Below are positions 1 to 10,180 of a stretch of 55,678 bases of DNA, piece by piece. Location of the stretch: positions 1 through 55,678 of the forward strand of contig CANRMC010000001.1 in the NCBI GenBank assembly GCA_947631605.1. Direction: 5' to 3'. This DNA comes from an uncultured Lachnospiraceae bacterium (GTDB lineage: Bacteria > Bacillota > Clostridia > Lachnospirales > Lachnospiraceae). The translations under genes and the position numbers were made by a program. How positions within the stretch are numbered: position 1 is the stretch's first letter; each line of letters opens with the position of its first letter. The notes beneath the pieces were generated by a model. The model did no database searches and was not told the origin of the DNA. It worked only from the letters and a program-made list of their open reading frames with translations.

Positions 1-106
1 AACCGAGAGGAGATATTTTGTTTTGTAACAAAAAATATGCCGTATTTATGCGGCTTTTGGCGTTTCGCAAACGCCTAGTAAAATATAATTTATAGAAGGA
101 GAAAAA

Positions 107-1918
107 ATGCAAGGAGAAAAATTTACATTAATGCAATATTCTGTCAGTGCCGTATTAGGTCTGATAGAGGCGGGACAATTTGTTATTCCTGAGATACAGA
201 GACCATTTGTATGGAAAAGAGCACAAGTAAGAGATTTAATAGATTCATTATATAACGGATATCCGACTGGATATATTATTACTTGGAAGAATCCGGATGT
301 ACAGACAAAAGACGGAACAGTTGCAAATGGAAAACATGTATTGATTGACGGGCAGCAAAGAATCACTGCCCTTATGGCAGCGGTTTCCGGATTAGAAGTA
401 TTAGATGAAGATTTTAATAAAGATAGGATTAAAATTGCGTTTAACCCATTAGCAGTTGACTCAGATAAGAGATTTGCAGTACAAGATGCATCGCATCTGA
501 AGGATAAAAAGTGGATTCCTGATATTTCTGAGATATTTAAAAATAATTTTGATTCTTTTGAATTTGCAATGAAATATTGTGCTGAGAATCCGGATGTCCG
601 CCCTAATGACGTAAATAATGTGATTACGAAATTGAGAGGGATAGCGAATCGTCAGATTGGGGTCATTGAACTAGTACATACATTGGATATTGATGAAGTG
701 ACGGAAATTTTCATTCGAATTAATTCAAAGGGAACGGCTCTTAGCCAGTCGGATTTTGTCATGTCAAAAATGGCATCAGATACTGCTCACAGAGGAAACA
801 CATTACGTAAAGTTGTGGATTATTTCTGTCATTTGGCTGTAAAGCCGGATTTTTATCCACAAATGATAAAAGATACTGAATTTGCTCAGACGGAGTATGC
901 CTCAAAAATAAAGTGGCTTGCCAGAGATAACGAAGACATTTATGATCCTGATTATAATGATATGCTCAGGGTTGCTTTTATGTACAGTTTTGACAGAGCA
1001 AAACTCTCAGATTTAGTAAGTCTGCTTTCGGGCAGGGATTTCACCACGCATGAATTCAAAGAAGAAATTGTGGAAGATTCTTATATTAAACTTGAAGAAG
1101 GCATTAAACTTTTCATAAATGAATATAATTTTGAGCAATTTGTATTAGCAATTAAAGGCGCAGGCTATAAGTCAGGACGGCAGCTGAATTCAAAAATGAC
1201 TCTTGACTTTGCTTATTTGCTTTATTTGAAACTGTCGAATAATTCAGTGATACCGCAAGATCAGGTAAAACATTATGTTCAGAAATGGTTCGTATTATCT
1301 ACTTTAACAGGTAGATATATTGGTTCGCCGGAATCTGTTATGGGAAGAGATATTCGGTTGATCAATGAAAAAGGATTTATTAATTTTTTTAAAGAAGTGG
1401 AAGCTTCCGTACTTTCTGATACATTTTGGAATATATCATTGCCGCAAAATTTAGAGACTGCATCGTCTAATAGTCCAGCATTTAATACCTTTCTTGCTGC
1501 ACAGATTAATCTGAATTGCAATTCACTGTTTATGCATGGTACGATGATCTCTGATCTGATAAGTATATCAGGTGATGTGCATCATATATTCCCGAAGGCT
1601 TATTTGCAGAAAAATGGTATTGATGTAAAAGGAAAATACAATCAGATAGCAAACTATACTTATCTTGACACACAGGTGAATAAGGCTATCCGTGATGATG
1701 CGCCAAATGTATATTTTGGCAAGGCGCTCAAACAATATGAAACCGGCAGTATAGCATTTGGTAATATTTCAAATATCGATGATTTAAGGAATAATTTAGA
1801 GGAAAATGCAATCCCGGAAGAAATTGTCCATATGACTGTAAATGATTATGAAACATTCCTTATAATGAGGCGAAAGAAAATGGCAGAACTGATAGAGAAA
1901 TATTATAAAGGACTGTAA
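107..1918 (+). CDS. GmrSD-like type IV restriction enzyme candidate (DUF262/ParB-like N-domain + DUF1524 His-Me nuclease C-domain)
   Basis: 603-aa ORF with RBS GAAGGAG upstream. N-terminal motifs IPEIQRPFVW and DGQQRITAL (DUF262). C-terminal GDVHHIFPKAY...NQIANYTYLDTQVN (DUF1524/HNH-like). Confidence 0.8.
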   Translation: MQGEKFTLMQYSVSAVLGLIEAGQFVIPEIQRPFVWKRAQVRDLIDSLYNGYPTGYIITWKNPDVQTKDGTVANGKHVLIDGQQRITALMAAVSGLEVLDEDFNKDRIKIAFNPLAVDSDKRFAVQDASHLKDKKWIPDISEIFKNNFDSFEFAMKYCAENPDVRPNDVNNVITKLRGIANRQIGVIELVHTLDIDEVTEIFIRINSKGTALSQSDFVMSKMASDTAHRGNTLRKVVDYFCHLAVKPDFYPQMIKDTEFAQTEYASKIKWLARDNEDIYDPDYNDMLRVAFMYSFDRAKLSDLVSLLSGRDFTTHEFKEEIVEDSYIKLEEGIKLFINEYNFEQFVLAIKGAGYKSGRQLNSKMTLDFAYLLYLKLSNNSVIPQDQVKHYVQKWFVLSTLTGRYIGSPESVMGRDIRLINEKGFINFFKEVEASVLSDTFWNISLPQNLETASSNSPAFNTFLAAQINLNCNSLFMHGTMISDLISISGDVHHIFPKAYLQKNGIDVKGKYNQIANYTYLDTQVNKAIRDDAPNVYFGKALKQYETGSIAFGNISNIDDLRNNLEENAIPEEIVHMTVNDYETFLIMRRKKMAELIEKYYKGL

Positions 1919-2065
1919 AGCAGACTGATATATGATCCGGCTGAAAGAATGGTGCTGCGACTGTTTTTGTAATAATACAGGATAAAAATAAATGATTGAA
2001 AGTATGTTCGATATCCAATATAATATATACGTAAAGTCTTGAGAAAAACTTAGGAAGGTTATGAT

Positions 2066-5000
2066 ATGGGGTTATTGGACAGGATCTTTGGTTATGAAAA
2101 AAGACTATCAGGTAAAGAAAACCATAATAATCTGAAAATGAAGAATGAGGAACCTCAGACGAATGAGAATATGATCCGTTGGCAGGAGGTCCGTTCATAT
2201 ATTGATACATTATTGTCTGCTGACAAGTATATAGCAAAAAGCGAGTATTTAAACATGCTCGAAAAATACTCTGAAACAGCGGAATTTTTTCACGTCCTGG
2301 ACAATAGTGCCATGCTTGAACAGTTCTGCAAAACACAGGGATATTCGCCGGCAGTGATCCGGGATACTTTAGATATTTACGATAATTTTGAAAAAATTGT
2401 AGATCAGCATAATGAGGATTTTATAGCGAGAGCTATGCATCGGGAAAAAGAATATCTTGATAATATTTTGACGCAGATCGATCCCGATATAAAATTAGAT
2501 AACAACCAGAGGCAGGTTGTTTTAACGGATGAAGACTATAGTTTGGTAGTTGCCGGCGCAGGCGCAGGTAAGACGACTACTGTGGCTGCAAAAGTTAAAT
2601 ATCTTGTAGACAAGCAGGGCGTGGAGCCTTCTCAGATTCTTGTGATATCTTTTACAAATAAGGCGGTAAATGAACTAAAGGATAAAATTCAGAAAAAATT
2701 AGGAATTGATTGCCCGATTGCAACTTTTCATTCTACCGGCAATGCGATAATCCATAAAAATTCCCCGGATGAAAAATTGAATATTGTCGAAAGTTCCAAA
2801 ATGTATTTTGTGATCAGAGATTATTTCCGGAATTCAATTATGCAAAATGAAAGTGTAGTCAATAAGCTGATCTTGTTTTTTGCGTCTTATTTTGATGCTC
2901 CGTATGAAGGAGATGATATCAATCGGTTCTTTAATAACATTGCGAAGTCAAATTTTTCAACAATGAGAAGTGATCTGGAAGATTTCAAGCGAGAAGTGAT
3001 CGACGCAAGGACTAAGAAATCAGTCACAATTCAGAATGAGGTTTTACGGTCACATCAGGAAGTGGAAATAGCAAATTTTCTGTATCTGAATAATATCGAA
3101 TATGAATATGAGCCAATTTATCAATATTACATTACTCTCGCAAGAAAACCGTATACACCGGATTTTCTGATCTGTCAGGATGGAAAGAAGGCATATATTG
3201 AGCATTTTGGAATTTCACAAAATGGTGAAAATGATAGATATAGTGAAGAGGAATTAAAACGGTACAAGCAGGCTGTAAATGAGAAAGTAAATCTTCATAA
3301 TCAGCATGGAACTACGCTTATTTATACATTTTCTTCTTATAATGATGGGAGAACGCTGATATCACATCTGAAGGATGAGTTGGAGAAAAAGGGGTTTGAA
3401 CTTAGACCAAAATCCAACAAAGAAGTCATGGAAATGCTTGTGGCTGGTGAAGAAAACAGATATGTGCGGAAGTTGATCAGTCTGTTCTGCAGATTTATCT
3501 CAAATTTTAAAGTGAACGGTTATCAGGCGGACGATTTCAACAGAATGTATCATTCCACGCAGAATGTACGGAGCAGATTATTTTTAGATATATGCAATGA
3601 TTGTTATCTGGAGTACGAGAGATGGCTGAAGGAGAATAACGCAGTTGATTTTGAGGATATGATCAATAAATCTGCAAGAATCTTAAATGAAATCCAGGAG
3701 ATGAAGCAGAAGTTGGATTTCAAATATATCATTGTGGATGAGTATCAGGACATTTCAAAGCAGCGTTTTGATCTTACAAAAGTTTTGTCTGAAGTTACGG
3801 ATGCTAAAATAATTGCAGTGGGGGATGACTGGCAGTCAATTTATGCATTCAGTGGTTCAGATATTACGCTGTTTACAAAATTTGCGGAAAAGATGGGGTA
3901 TGCCAAATTACTTAAGATCGTGAGAACCTATCGTAATTCACAGGAAGTCATTGATATTGCAGGTAATTTTATTCAGAAAAATACGGAACAGATACAGAAA
4001 AAGCTGATATCCCCAAAAAGGATCACGGATCCCGTCTTGATTTATACATATGACAGTACGTTTAAAGGTCTCAATGGGAACCGCAGGAGTGGTGCGAATT
4101 ATGCACTTGCTCATGCGGTAGAATGCGCATTGGAACAGCTTTTGAAATATAAAAAAATGGAGGGAAAAGAACCGGGACCGATCCTTTTGCTGGGAAGGTT
4201 TGGTTTTGACGGCGACCACTTGGAACGATCGGGTTTATTTGAATACATTGACAGGGGAAACAAAGTGAAAAGTGTTAAATATCCAAAATTGGATATGACA
4301 TTTATGACGGCACATTCATCCAAAGGATTGGGTTATGATGATGTTATCATTCTGAACGGAAAAAATGAAACCTATGGCTTCCCTTCAAAGATAGAGGACG
4401 ATCCTGTACTTGCATTTGTGATAAGGGGTGACCGTTCGATAGATTATGCAGAAGAAAGGCGATTATTTTATGTAGCGATGACCAGAACGAAAAACCGGGT
4501 ATTTTTCGTAGCTCCTGAGCAGAACCCTTCGGAATTCTTGTTAGAATTAAAGAGGGACTACAGGAATGTCAGATTAATGGGTGGCTGGAATGAAAATGAG
4601 ATACCTCGTCCTCTGAAAAAAACATGTCCGATATGTGGATATCCGATGCAGTTAAAATATAAAAAATCATATGGACTTAGACTTTATATCTGCACAAATG
4701 AACCTGAGATATGCGGTTTTATGACGAATGAATATGCAGCGGGCAAGCTTCAGATCCGTAAATGCGAAAAATGCAGAGACGGTTATCTGATCGTAAAGAA
4801 GGGAAAGGATTCTGATTATTTTTTGGGCTGCACAAATTATAAACCTGATAAAACGGGGTGTAATAATGTGATCAGCCGGGCAGTCTACAATCAGCAGATG
4901 GGATTTGAAGATAACCCTGTAAACGATGAAAACCTGCGACCGGCTCCAGAACCTGATAAACAAGAAAAATCATCTGAAAATGAAAAAGCAGCAGATATTG

Positions 5001-5428
5001 AAAGAACTGAAAAAGAAATAGAGGATGATAGCATTGATATTCAAAAAGCAGACTTAAAGCCGATTTTTTATGAAGGATATGACTTACATGAAGTGATATT
5101 TATCATAGTCAATGCACTTCAGGATATCAGCAAAGAGAGGTACTTTGGAATGGCAATACTGATCGATGTTTTAAAAGGTGTTGAAAGCAAAAAAATACTT
5201 GAAAATAATCTGGATAAAGTGGCCGGATTTGGTGCTTTGAAAGATATGCCTTGGGAAACGGTTCAGGCGATTGCCGAGTGGATGCTTGCGGAACATATGA
5301 TGCTGAAAACAAAAGAAACGTATCCTGTATTGCACCCTACTTATGAAGGTTTACATTATAGCGAAGTTATAACAAAGAATAAGTTAAATAAACTTAAAAA
5401 ATATCTGCAGGAAGAAACACTTGTATAG
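2066..5428 (+). CDS. Helicase IV/UvrD-family SF1 helicase with nuclease-fold insertion, two C4 zinc ribbons and RQC-like C-terminal wHTH
   Basis: 1120-aa ORF with RBS AGGAAGG. Walker A AGAGAGKTTT, motif II IIVDEYQD, motif VI VAMTRTKN. Insertion YTPDFLI...AYIEHFG. Zinc ribbons CPICG..C..C and CEKC..C..C (topoisomerase-type). C-terminal LIDVLKG...FGALKDMPW resembles RecQ RQC. Confidence 0.8.
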   Translation: MGLLDRIFGYEKRLSGKENHNNLKMKNEEPQTNENMIRWQEVRSYIDTLLSADKYIAKSEYLNMLEKYSETAEFFHVLDNSAMLEQFCKTQGYSPAVIRDTLDIYDNFEKIVDQHNEDFIARAMHREKEYLDNILTQIDPDIKLDNNQRQVVLTDEDYSLVVAGAGAGKTTTVAAKVKYLVDKQGVEPSQILVISFTNKAVNELKDKIQKKLGIDCPIATFHSTGNAIIHKNSPDEKLNIVESSKMYFVIRDYFRNSIMQNESVVNKLILFFASYFDAPYEGDDINRFFNNIAKSNFSTMRSDLEDFKREVIDARTKKSVTIQNEVLRSHQEVEIANFLYLNNIEYEYEPIYQYYITLARKPYTPDFLICQDGKKAYIEHFGISQNGENDRYSEEELKRYKQAVNEKVNLHNQHGTTLIYTFSSYNDGRTLISHLKDELEKKGFELRPKSNKEVMEMLVAGEENRYVRKLISLFCRFISNFKVNGYQADDFNRMYHSTQNVRSRLFLDICNDCYLEYERWLKENNAVDFEDMINKSARILNEIQEMKQKLDFKYIIVDEYQDISKQRFDLTKVLSEVTDAKIIAVGDDWQSIYAFSGSDITLFTKFAEKMGYAKLLKIVRTYRNSQEVIDIAGNFIQKNTEQIQKKLISPKRITDPVLIYTYDSTFKGLNGNRRSGANYALAHAVECALEQLLKYKKMEGKEPGPILLLGRFGFDGDHLERSGLFEYIDRGNKVKSVKYPKLDMTFMTAHSSKGLGYDDVIILNGKNETYGFPSKIEDDPVLAFVIRGDRSIDYAEERRLFYVAMTRTKNRVFFVAPEQNPSEFLLELKRDYRNVRLMGGWNENEIPRPLKKTCPICGYPMQLKYKKSYGLRLYICTNEPEICGFMTNEYAAGKLQIRKCEKCRDGYLIVKKGKDSDYFLGCTNYKPDKTGCNNVISRAVYNQQMGFEDNPVNDENLRPAPEPDKQEKSSENEKAADIERTEKEIEDDSIDIQKADLKPIFYEGYDLHEVIFIIVNALQDISKERYFGMAILIDVLKGVESKKILENNLDKVAGFGALKDMPWETVQAIAEWMLAEHMMLKTKETYPVLHPTYEGLHYSEVITKNKLNKLKKYLQEETLV

Positions 5429-5458
5429 AAATGCCGGACAGTAAACGGAGAATTACTT

Positions 5459-5737
5459 ATGACAATCATTTATTATCTCATTATAAATATAATTGCGATC
5501 TTTATATATGGAATCGACAAGAAAAAAGCGATCAGGCATCAGTACAGAATACCGGAGAAAACCCTGCTTCTGATAGGATTTCTGGGCGGCGGCGCCGGTT
5601 CTTTGATTGGAATGTATGCGTTTCATCATAAGACGTCCAAGTGGAAATTCAGGATTCTGGTTCCTCTTTGCACGGCGCTGCATATTCTGCTTATCATTTT
5701 CGTGATCTGTCCGAATCCCTGGCTGTGGCGATTTTGA
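5459..5737 (+). CDS. DUF1294 small membrane protein
   Basis: 92 aa. Motif GIDKKKAIRHQYRIPEKTLLLIGFLGGGAGSLIGMYAFHHKTSKWKF is typical of DUF1294. Two or three TM segments. Confidence 0.75.
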   Translation: MTIIYYLIINIIAIFIYGIDKKKAIRHQYRIPEKTLLLIGFLGGGAGSLIGMYAFHHKTSKWKFRILVPLCTALHILLIIFVICPNPWLWRF

Positions 5738-5857
5738 AGTAAATAAAGACGAGTACGTTTTTTGGTACACATAAATATTTATACTGATTATATCAAAATC
5801 AAACACCGCAAAAACTATCCTGATATTTTAATGGTTTTTGCAGAAGGAGGAATGATC

Positions 5858-6484
5858 ATGCAGGTAATAATCAGTATGAATGCACCAAAGCACAGAGTCG
5901 TATATCACAAAGCAGGCTGCATATATGAGAGACGGATAAAGTGCGAGAACCGGATGTCGATATCAAAGGAAGAAGCAGAGAAAAAACGGTACTGCGAATG
6001 TAAGTATTGTGCCGGATTGCGGGGAGAAATGCGGGCGCACGCAGCGGAGATCCGTTATTGGAAGAAAAAAGGCATGGCTGAAATATGCTATGACGGAAAT
6101 GCAGATACGGCATATGTAACCACAAAACTCGGCGCTTGGAAGATAATGGAGAATCGGTTTGGGAAATACTATCTCCATCACCTGAATCATTTTACAGAGG
6201 ATATGCCAATCTCCCAGATAAAGGATGGAGAGTATCATCGGCAGGCTGATGTGAAGCCGACGGATTCTTTCTGTAAGATCATTCATTATATTATCGATCA
6301 CGACAAGGCAAAAGTGATCATGAAAGATGACTTCCGCAAACTGCCGCAGAGTACAAAAAAGCAGAAGAAATATTATAAGCAGGCAGAACGAAAAGCGGCA
6401 TTGAAGCAGCGACGAAGGATCGATCATTTATTTGCATTATTAGAGAGCGAAGCGCCGGAAATGAAGCAGTTTTCTATCTGTTAG
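5858..6484 (+). CDS. Hypothetical protein with Ada-like Zn-binding N-terminal motif and basic C-terminal tail
   Basis: Start chosen at the ATG 7 nt after GAAGGAGG (208 aa). YHKAGC...N....S.EEA...RYCECKYC resembles the Ada_Zn_binding pattern. C-terminus is K/R-rich. Only a 12-nt gap to the WYL gene. Confidence 0.5.
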   Translation: MQVIISMNAPKHRVVYHKAGCIYERRIKCENRMSISKEEAEKKRYCECKYCAGLRGEMRAHAAEIRYWKKKGMAEICYDGNADTAYVTTKLGAWKIMENRFGKYYLHHLNHFTEDMPISQIKDGEYHRQADVKPTDSFCKIIHYIIDHDKAKVIMKDDFRKLPQSTKKQKKYYKQAERKAALKQRRRIDHLFALLESEAPEMKQFSIC

Positions 6485-6496
6485 AGAGGAGTTGTC

Positions 6497-7492
6497 ATGG
6501 CAAGAGGAAATAACCAAAAAATGAAAATCGTTTATCTTATAAAAATCTTTTTGGAAAAGACAGATGAAACCCATGGCATTACAATGGCGGAAATCATTTC
6601 TTCCCTGAAAGCTTATGGGATCGAAGCGGAGCGGAAGAGCATTTATAACGACATTGATACTCTTATGCAAAGCGGCATGGATATCATTGGCGAACCGCGA
6701 AACAAGACATTTTATTACCGGTTAGTGAACAGGAAATTCGAACTGGCAGAGTTGAAGCTGCTGGTGGATTCCGTGCAGTCCGCAAAGTTTATCACAGCGA
6801 AAAAATCAGATGAACTGATTAAGAAGATTGAAAGTCTGGCCAGCAGTTATGAGGCTTCCCAGTTACAGCGGCAGGTGTATGTGGCGGAACGGGTGAAGAC
6901 CATGAATGAAGGCGTCTATTACAATATTGACGCTATACATACAGCAATCGGCGGAAATTCAAAGATCACGTTTCAGTATTTTCAGTGGGACGTTCACAAG
7001 AAAATGGTTCTCAAGAAAGGCGGCGCCTTATATAAGGTAAGTCCTTGGGCTCTGGCATGGGAGGACGAAAACTATTATCTGGTGGCATTTGATTCTGAAG
7101 AAGATATCATCAAGCATTTCCGGGTAGATAAAATGAAGAATATCGAGCTGACAAATGAGAAACGGGAGGGAAAATCCCACTTCAAGGAATTTGACATGGC
7201 TGTTTATGCAAAGAAAGTATTTGGAATGTTCAGCGGCGAGGAACAGAATGTCAGGTTTTTGTGTGAAAATGACATGGCAGGCGTGATGATCGATCGTTTC
7301 GGAAAAGACATCATGCTTATACCTGTGGATGAGGAACATTTCACGACCAATGTAAAAGTGGTTGCCAGCAAACAGTTTTTCGGCTGGGTATTTGCTCTTG
7401 GAGACAAGGTAAAGATCATAGAGCCGGAGAGCGTTGTAAAAGAAATAAAAACTGAGGCGGAACGGCTGCTCCGGCAGTATGAAAACGAATGA
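6497..7492 (+). CDS. WYL-domain transcriptional regulator (wHTH-WYL-WCX, BrxR/CapW-like architecture)
   Basis: 331 aa. N-terminal HTH (ITMAEIISSLKAYGIEAERKSIYNDI) and central WYL-type segment (KVSPWALAWEDENYYLVAFD...HFRVDKM). Confidence 0.8.
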   Translation: MARGNNQKMKIVYLIKIFLEKTDETHGITMAEIISSLKAYGIEAERKSIYNDIDTLMQSGMDIIGEPRNKTFYYRLVNRKFELAELKLLVDSVQSAKFITAKKSDELIKKIESLASSYEASQLQRQVYVAERVKTMNEGVYYNIDAIHTAIGGNSKITFQYFQWDVHKKMVLKKGGALYKVSPWALAWEDENYYLVAFDSEEDIIKHFRVDKMKNIELTNEKREGKSHFKEFDMAVYAKKVFGMFSGEEQNVRFLCENDMAGVMIDRFGKDIMLIPVDEEHFTTNVKVVASKQFFGWVFALGDKVKIIEPESVVKEIKTEAERLLRQYENE

Positions 7493-8536
7493 TTATATTC
7501 TTCTTTTTGCTTCTTCTAACTCCTGAATGATCCGGTCGCACCAGACGTCGAATTCCGGATCTTCAACCTGCAGCTCCGGATGAGACAGGATATGATCAAT
7601 GGCCTTTCGTATGCCATCCTGAAACTTAACGTGAGTCCTGAATTCCGGAACCGCTTTTTTAAGTTTGGAATTATCAAATACTACGGAACAGGCTTTATCA
7701 CCGATCAGGCTTCCTGTGAAATCATAATTACTGCAGTCCGCCAGAAATTCCGAAGAAACATGATAAGCATGGAGCGGTACGCCAAGTGCGTTTGCAATAC
7801 ATTCATAAATCTGGTTCCATGTAAGGGTTTCGTCACCGGTAATCTGGAAGGCTTCACCAATGGTATGAGGATTTCCGATCAGACCGCAGAATCCAACGGC
7901 AAAGTCTGTATTATGAGTCATGGTCCAGAGGGAGGTTCCGTCTCCATGAATGATGACAGGTTTTCCGTCCAGCATCCGTTTTACCACCTGCCAGCTTCCT
8001 TTGCTTCCATGTACGCCCAACGGGATAGAGCGTTCGTCGTAAGTATGGCTTGGACGGATGATCGTAACCGGAAAGCCGTCTTCCCGATAGTGTTTCATCA
8101 GAAGTTCTTCGCAGGCAATCTTATCTCTGGAGTACTGCCAGTAAGGATTGGCAAGCGTTGTCCCCTCATTTATGATATAAGAGCGTACCGGTTTGTGATA
8201 AGCCGAAGCGGAACTGATATACATGAACTGTTTTGTTTTTCCATGAAACAGGCGAAAATCCCGTTCCAGCTGCTCCGGCACAAAGCCGATAAATTCACAG
8301 ACGCAGTCAAAACAGGTATCTCCCAGCTTTGCTTTGGTTTCGGCTTCTTTGCTGATATCCGCCTGAACGACCGTTACATTTTCGGGCAGGTCTTTGTTAC
8401 GGGAACCCCGATTTAAAAGATAGACATCTTCGCCCTGTTCCGCCAAAAGGCGGGTGATTGCCATACTGATAGTGCCGGTTCCTCCGATAAGCAGGATTTT
8501 CCGTTTTGTTCTTCCATTTTGATTCTTTGTTTCCAT
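7493..8536 (-). CDS. NAD-dependent epimerase/dehydratase (extended SDR)
   Basis: Rossmann LLIGGTGTIS and catalytic YSRDK. Start set at METKNQ (ATG 8536) rather than the ORF-track start at 8584. Confidence 0.8.
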   Translation of the reverse strand: METKNQNGRTKRKILLIGGTGTISMAITRLLAEQGEDVYLLNRGSRNKDLPENVTVVQADISKEAETKAKLGDTCFDCVCEFIGFVPEQLERDFRLFHGKTKQFMYISSASAYHKPVRSYIINEGTTLANPYWQYSRDKIACEELLMKHYREDGFPVTIIRPSHTYDERSIPLGVHGSKGSWQVVKRMLDGKPVIIHGDGTSLWTMTHNTDFAVGFCGLIGNPHTIGEAFQITGDETLTWNQIYECIANALGVPLHAYHVSSEFLADCSNYDFTGSLIGDKACSVVFDNSKLKKAVPEFRTHVKFQDGIRKAIDHILSHPELQVEDPEFDVWCDRIIQELEEAKRRI

Positions 8537-8668
8537 ATCCGATACCGCCTTTCCGATCTGATCAATATTCCATGAAATAAGCATATCATTATTTTACCAT
8601 ATAGGATATAATATTATTTGGAAATTTGTATTTTTTTTATAGATTTGGAAAGGTAAAGGATTGTATAT

Positions 8669-9451
8669 ATGATAGAGCAGCTGTTTGAGGCGCTGTCGGC
8701 CATGAATAATGTTGAAGCAATTGCACTGGGAGGCTCGCGGGCAGGCAGCGTATTTGATGAAAAATCGGATTATGATGTATATGTTTATTGTACCGGAAAT
8801 ATTCCGGAGAACGATAGAAAACAGCTATTATCAAAATACTGCTCTGCAATGGAAATCGGAAATCATTTTTGGGAATATGAAGATAACTGTATATTACAGA
8901 ATGGAATTGACATCGACATCCTGTACCGGGATTTAGATGTGTTTTGTGAAGAAATAGCGGCGGTTGTCGAAAAGTGTGAAGCCCGCAATGGTTATACAAC
9001 ATGTATGTGGCATAATCTGAAAAACTGTAAGATTGTTTATGATGCAAATGGTAAGCTGGCAGAAGCAAAGAAACGATTTGATGTAGAATATCCGCTCCAA
9101 TTAAAAAAGAATATTATTGAACGCAATATGCGGCTCTTACATGATGCATTGCCGGCATATGATACTCAGATTGTAAAAGCAATAAACCGGAATGATATTG
9201 TGAGCATTAACCATAGAACGGCTGCATTTATGGAATCATACTTTGACATTCTTTTTGCGTTGAATGAAAAAACGCATCCGGGTGAGAAACGGTTAATTGC
9301 TTTGTGTAAGAAGCAGTGTGATCTGCTGCCTTACAATTTTGAAGATAATCTGAACCGGCTATTCAAGGATTTATATGAAAATAAAAATGATGTAAAGAAA
9401 AATTTGGAAATCATAATTAAGGAATTGAACACGTGTTTAACTTCTGCTTAA
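8669..9451 (+). CDS. Nucleotidyltransferase-domain protein (DUF4037-like)
   Basis: 260 aa. Pol-beta NTase signature GGSRAGSVFDEKSDYDVYVY followed by a helical C-domain. Confidence 0.65.
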   Translation: MIEQLFEALSAMNNVEAIALGGSRAGSVFDEKSDYDVYVYCTGNIPENDRKQLLSKYCSAMEIGNHFWEYEDNCILQNGIDIDILYRDLDVFCEEIAAVVEKCEARNGYTTCMWHNLKNCKIVYDANGKLAEAKKRFDVEYPLQLKKNIIERNMRLLHDALPAYDTQIVKAINRNDIVSINHRTAAFMESYFDILFALNEKTHPGEKRLIALCKKQCDLLPYNFEDNLNRLFKDLYENKNDVKKNLEIIIKELNTCLTSA

Positions 9452-9541
9452 TTGCCGGAAAACAAAAGTTTTCAGTATGAAGAAACTTGTGGATTTTTAA
9501 AAGATGAAATACGGTATCAGGAATGAATCAAGGAATAGAAA

Positions 9542-10012
9542 ATGATGAAAATGGAGTATATTAAGGCAGAAAAAGTAAATCAGGACAAAGTTTTTGAAAT
9601 TGTTCAAAGGACGATAAAAACTATTTACCCGAACTATTATCCGCAGGAAGTAGTAGATTTTTTCTGTGAGCTTCATAGTAAAGACCATATCGCAGAAGAT
9701 ATCAGAAATGGTTATGTAGGTATATTTCTTCAGAATGATGAAATTATCGGGACTGGAAGTCGTGCGGGAAATCATATCACCAGAGTTTATGTTCTGCCGG
9801 AATATCAGAGCAGAGGAATTGGAACGTATATAATGCAATGTCTTGAAAATGAGATTTCCGTAGAATATGCGATTGCCGTCCTAGACGCTTCTCTTCCGGC
9901 AAGGCAGTTTTATGCGCATAGGGGGTATCATACGGTGAAGCATGAAAAATATCCGGTGGCAAATGATGTGATTCTTGCGTATGAAGTCATGGAAAAGAGA
10001 GTGTCATTTTAA
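9542..10012 (+). CDS. GNAT family N-acetyltransferase
   Basis: 156 aa. Acetyl-CoA motif A RVYVLPEYQSRGIGTYIM. Confidence 0.8.
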   Translation: MMKMEYIKAEKVNQDKVFEIVQRTIKTIYPNYYPQEVVDFFCELHSKDHIAEDIRNGYVGIFLQNDEIIGTGSRAGNHITRVYVLPEYQSRGIGTYIMQCLENEISVEYAIAVLDASLPARQFYAHRGYHTVKHEKYPVANDVILAYEVMEKRVSF

Positions 10013-10048
10013 GTAGGTAATTTCTTTTGATTTTTATTTATAAACTTG

Positions 10049-10077
10049 TTGACTATATTAATAGAAAGACTTATTAT
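10049..10077 (+). promoter_or_regulatory. Candidate sigma-A promoter for the SIR2-herA operon
   Basis: TTGACT, 17-nt spacer, TATTAT, about 100 nt upstream of the SIR2 ATG. Confidence 0.4.
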
Positions 10078-10180
10078 GATTAATATACGCTAAAATTTTA
10101 GAGGAAATTTAGATTTAGTAGAATTAATACTTATAGATAGTTTTAAAGTAATATGAGAATAAGGAAACTTAAGTTAAAAT

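Noticed and set aside
7580-8416. 278-aa + strand ORF opposite the SDR epimerase gene
   Set aside because: It has no recognisable motifs. The minus-strand frame has the Rossmann GxxGxxG, YxxxK and an RBS-linked start.
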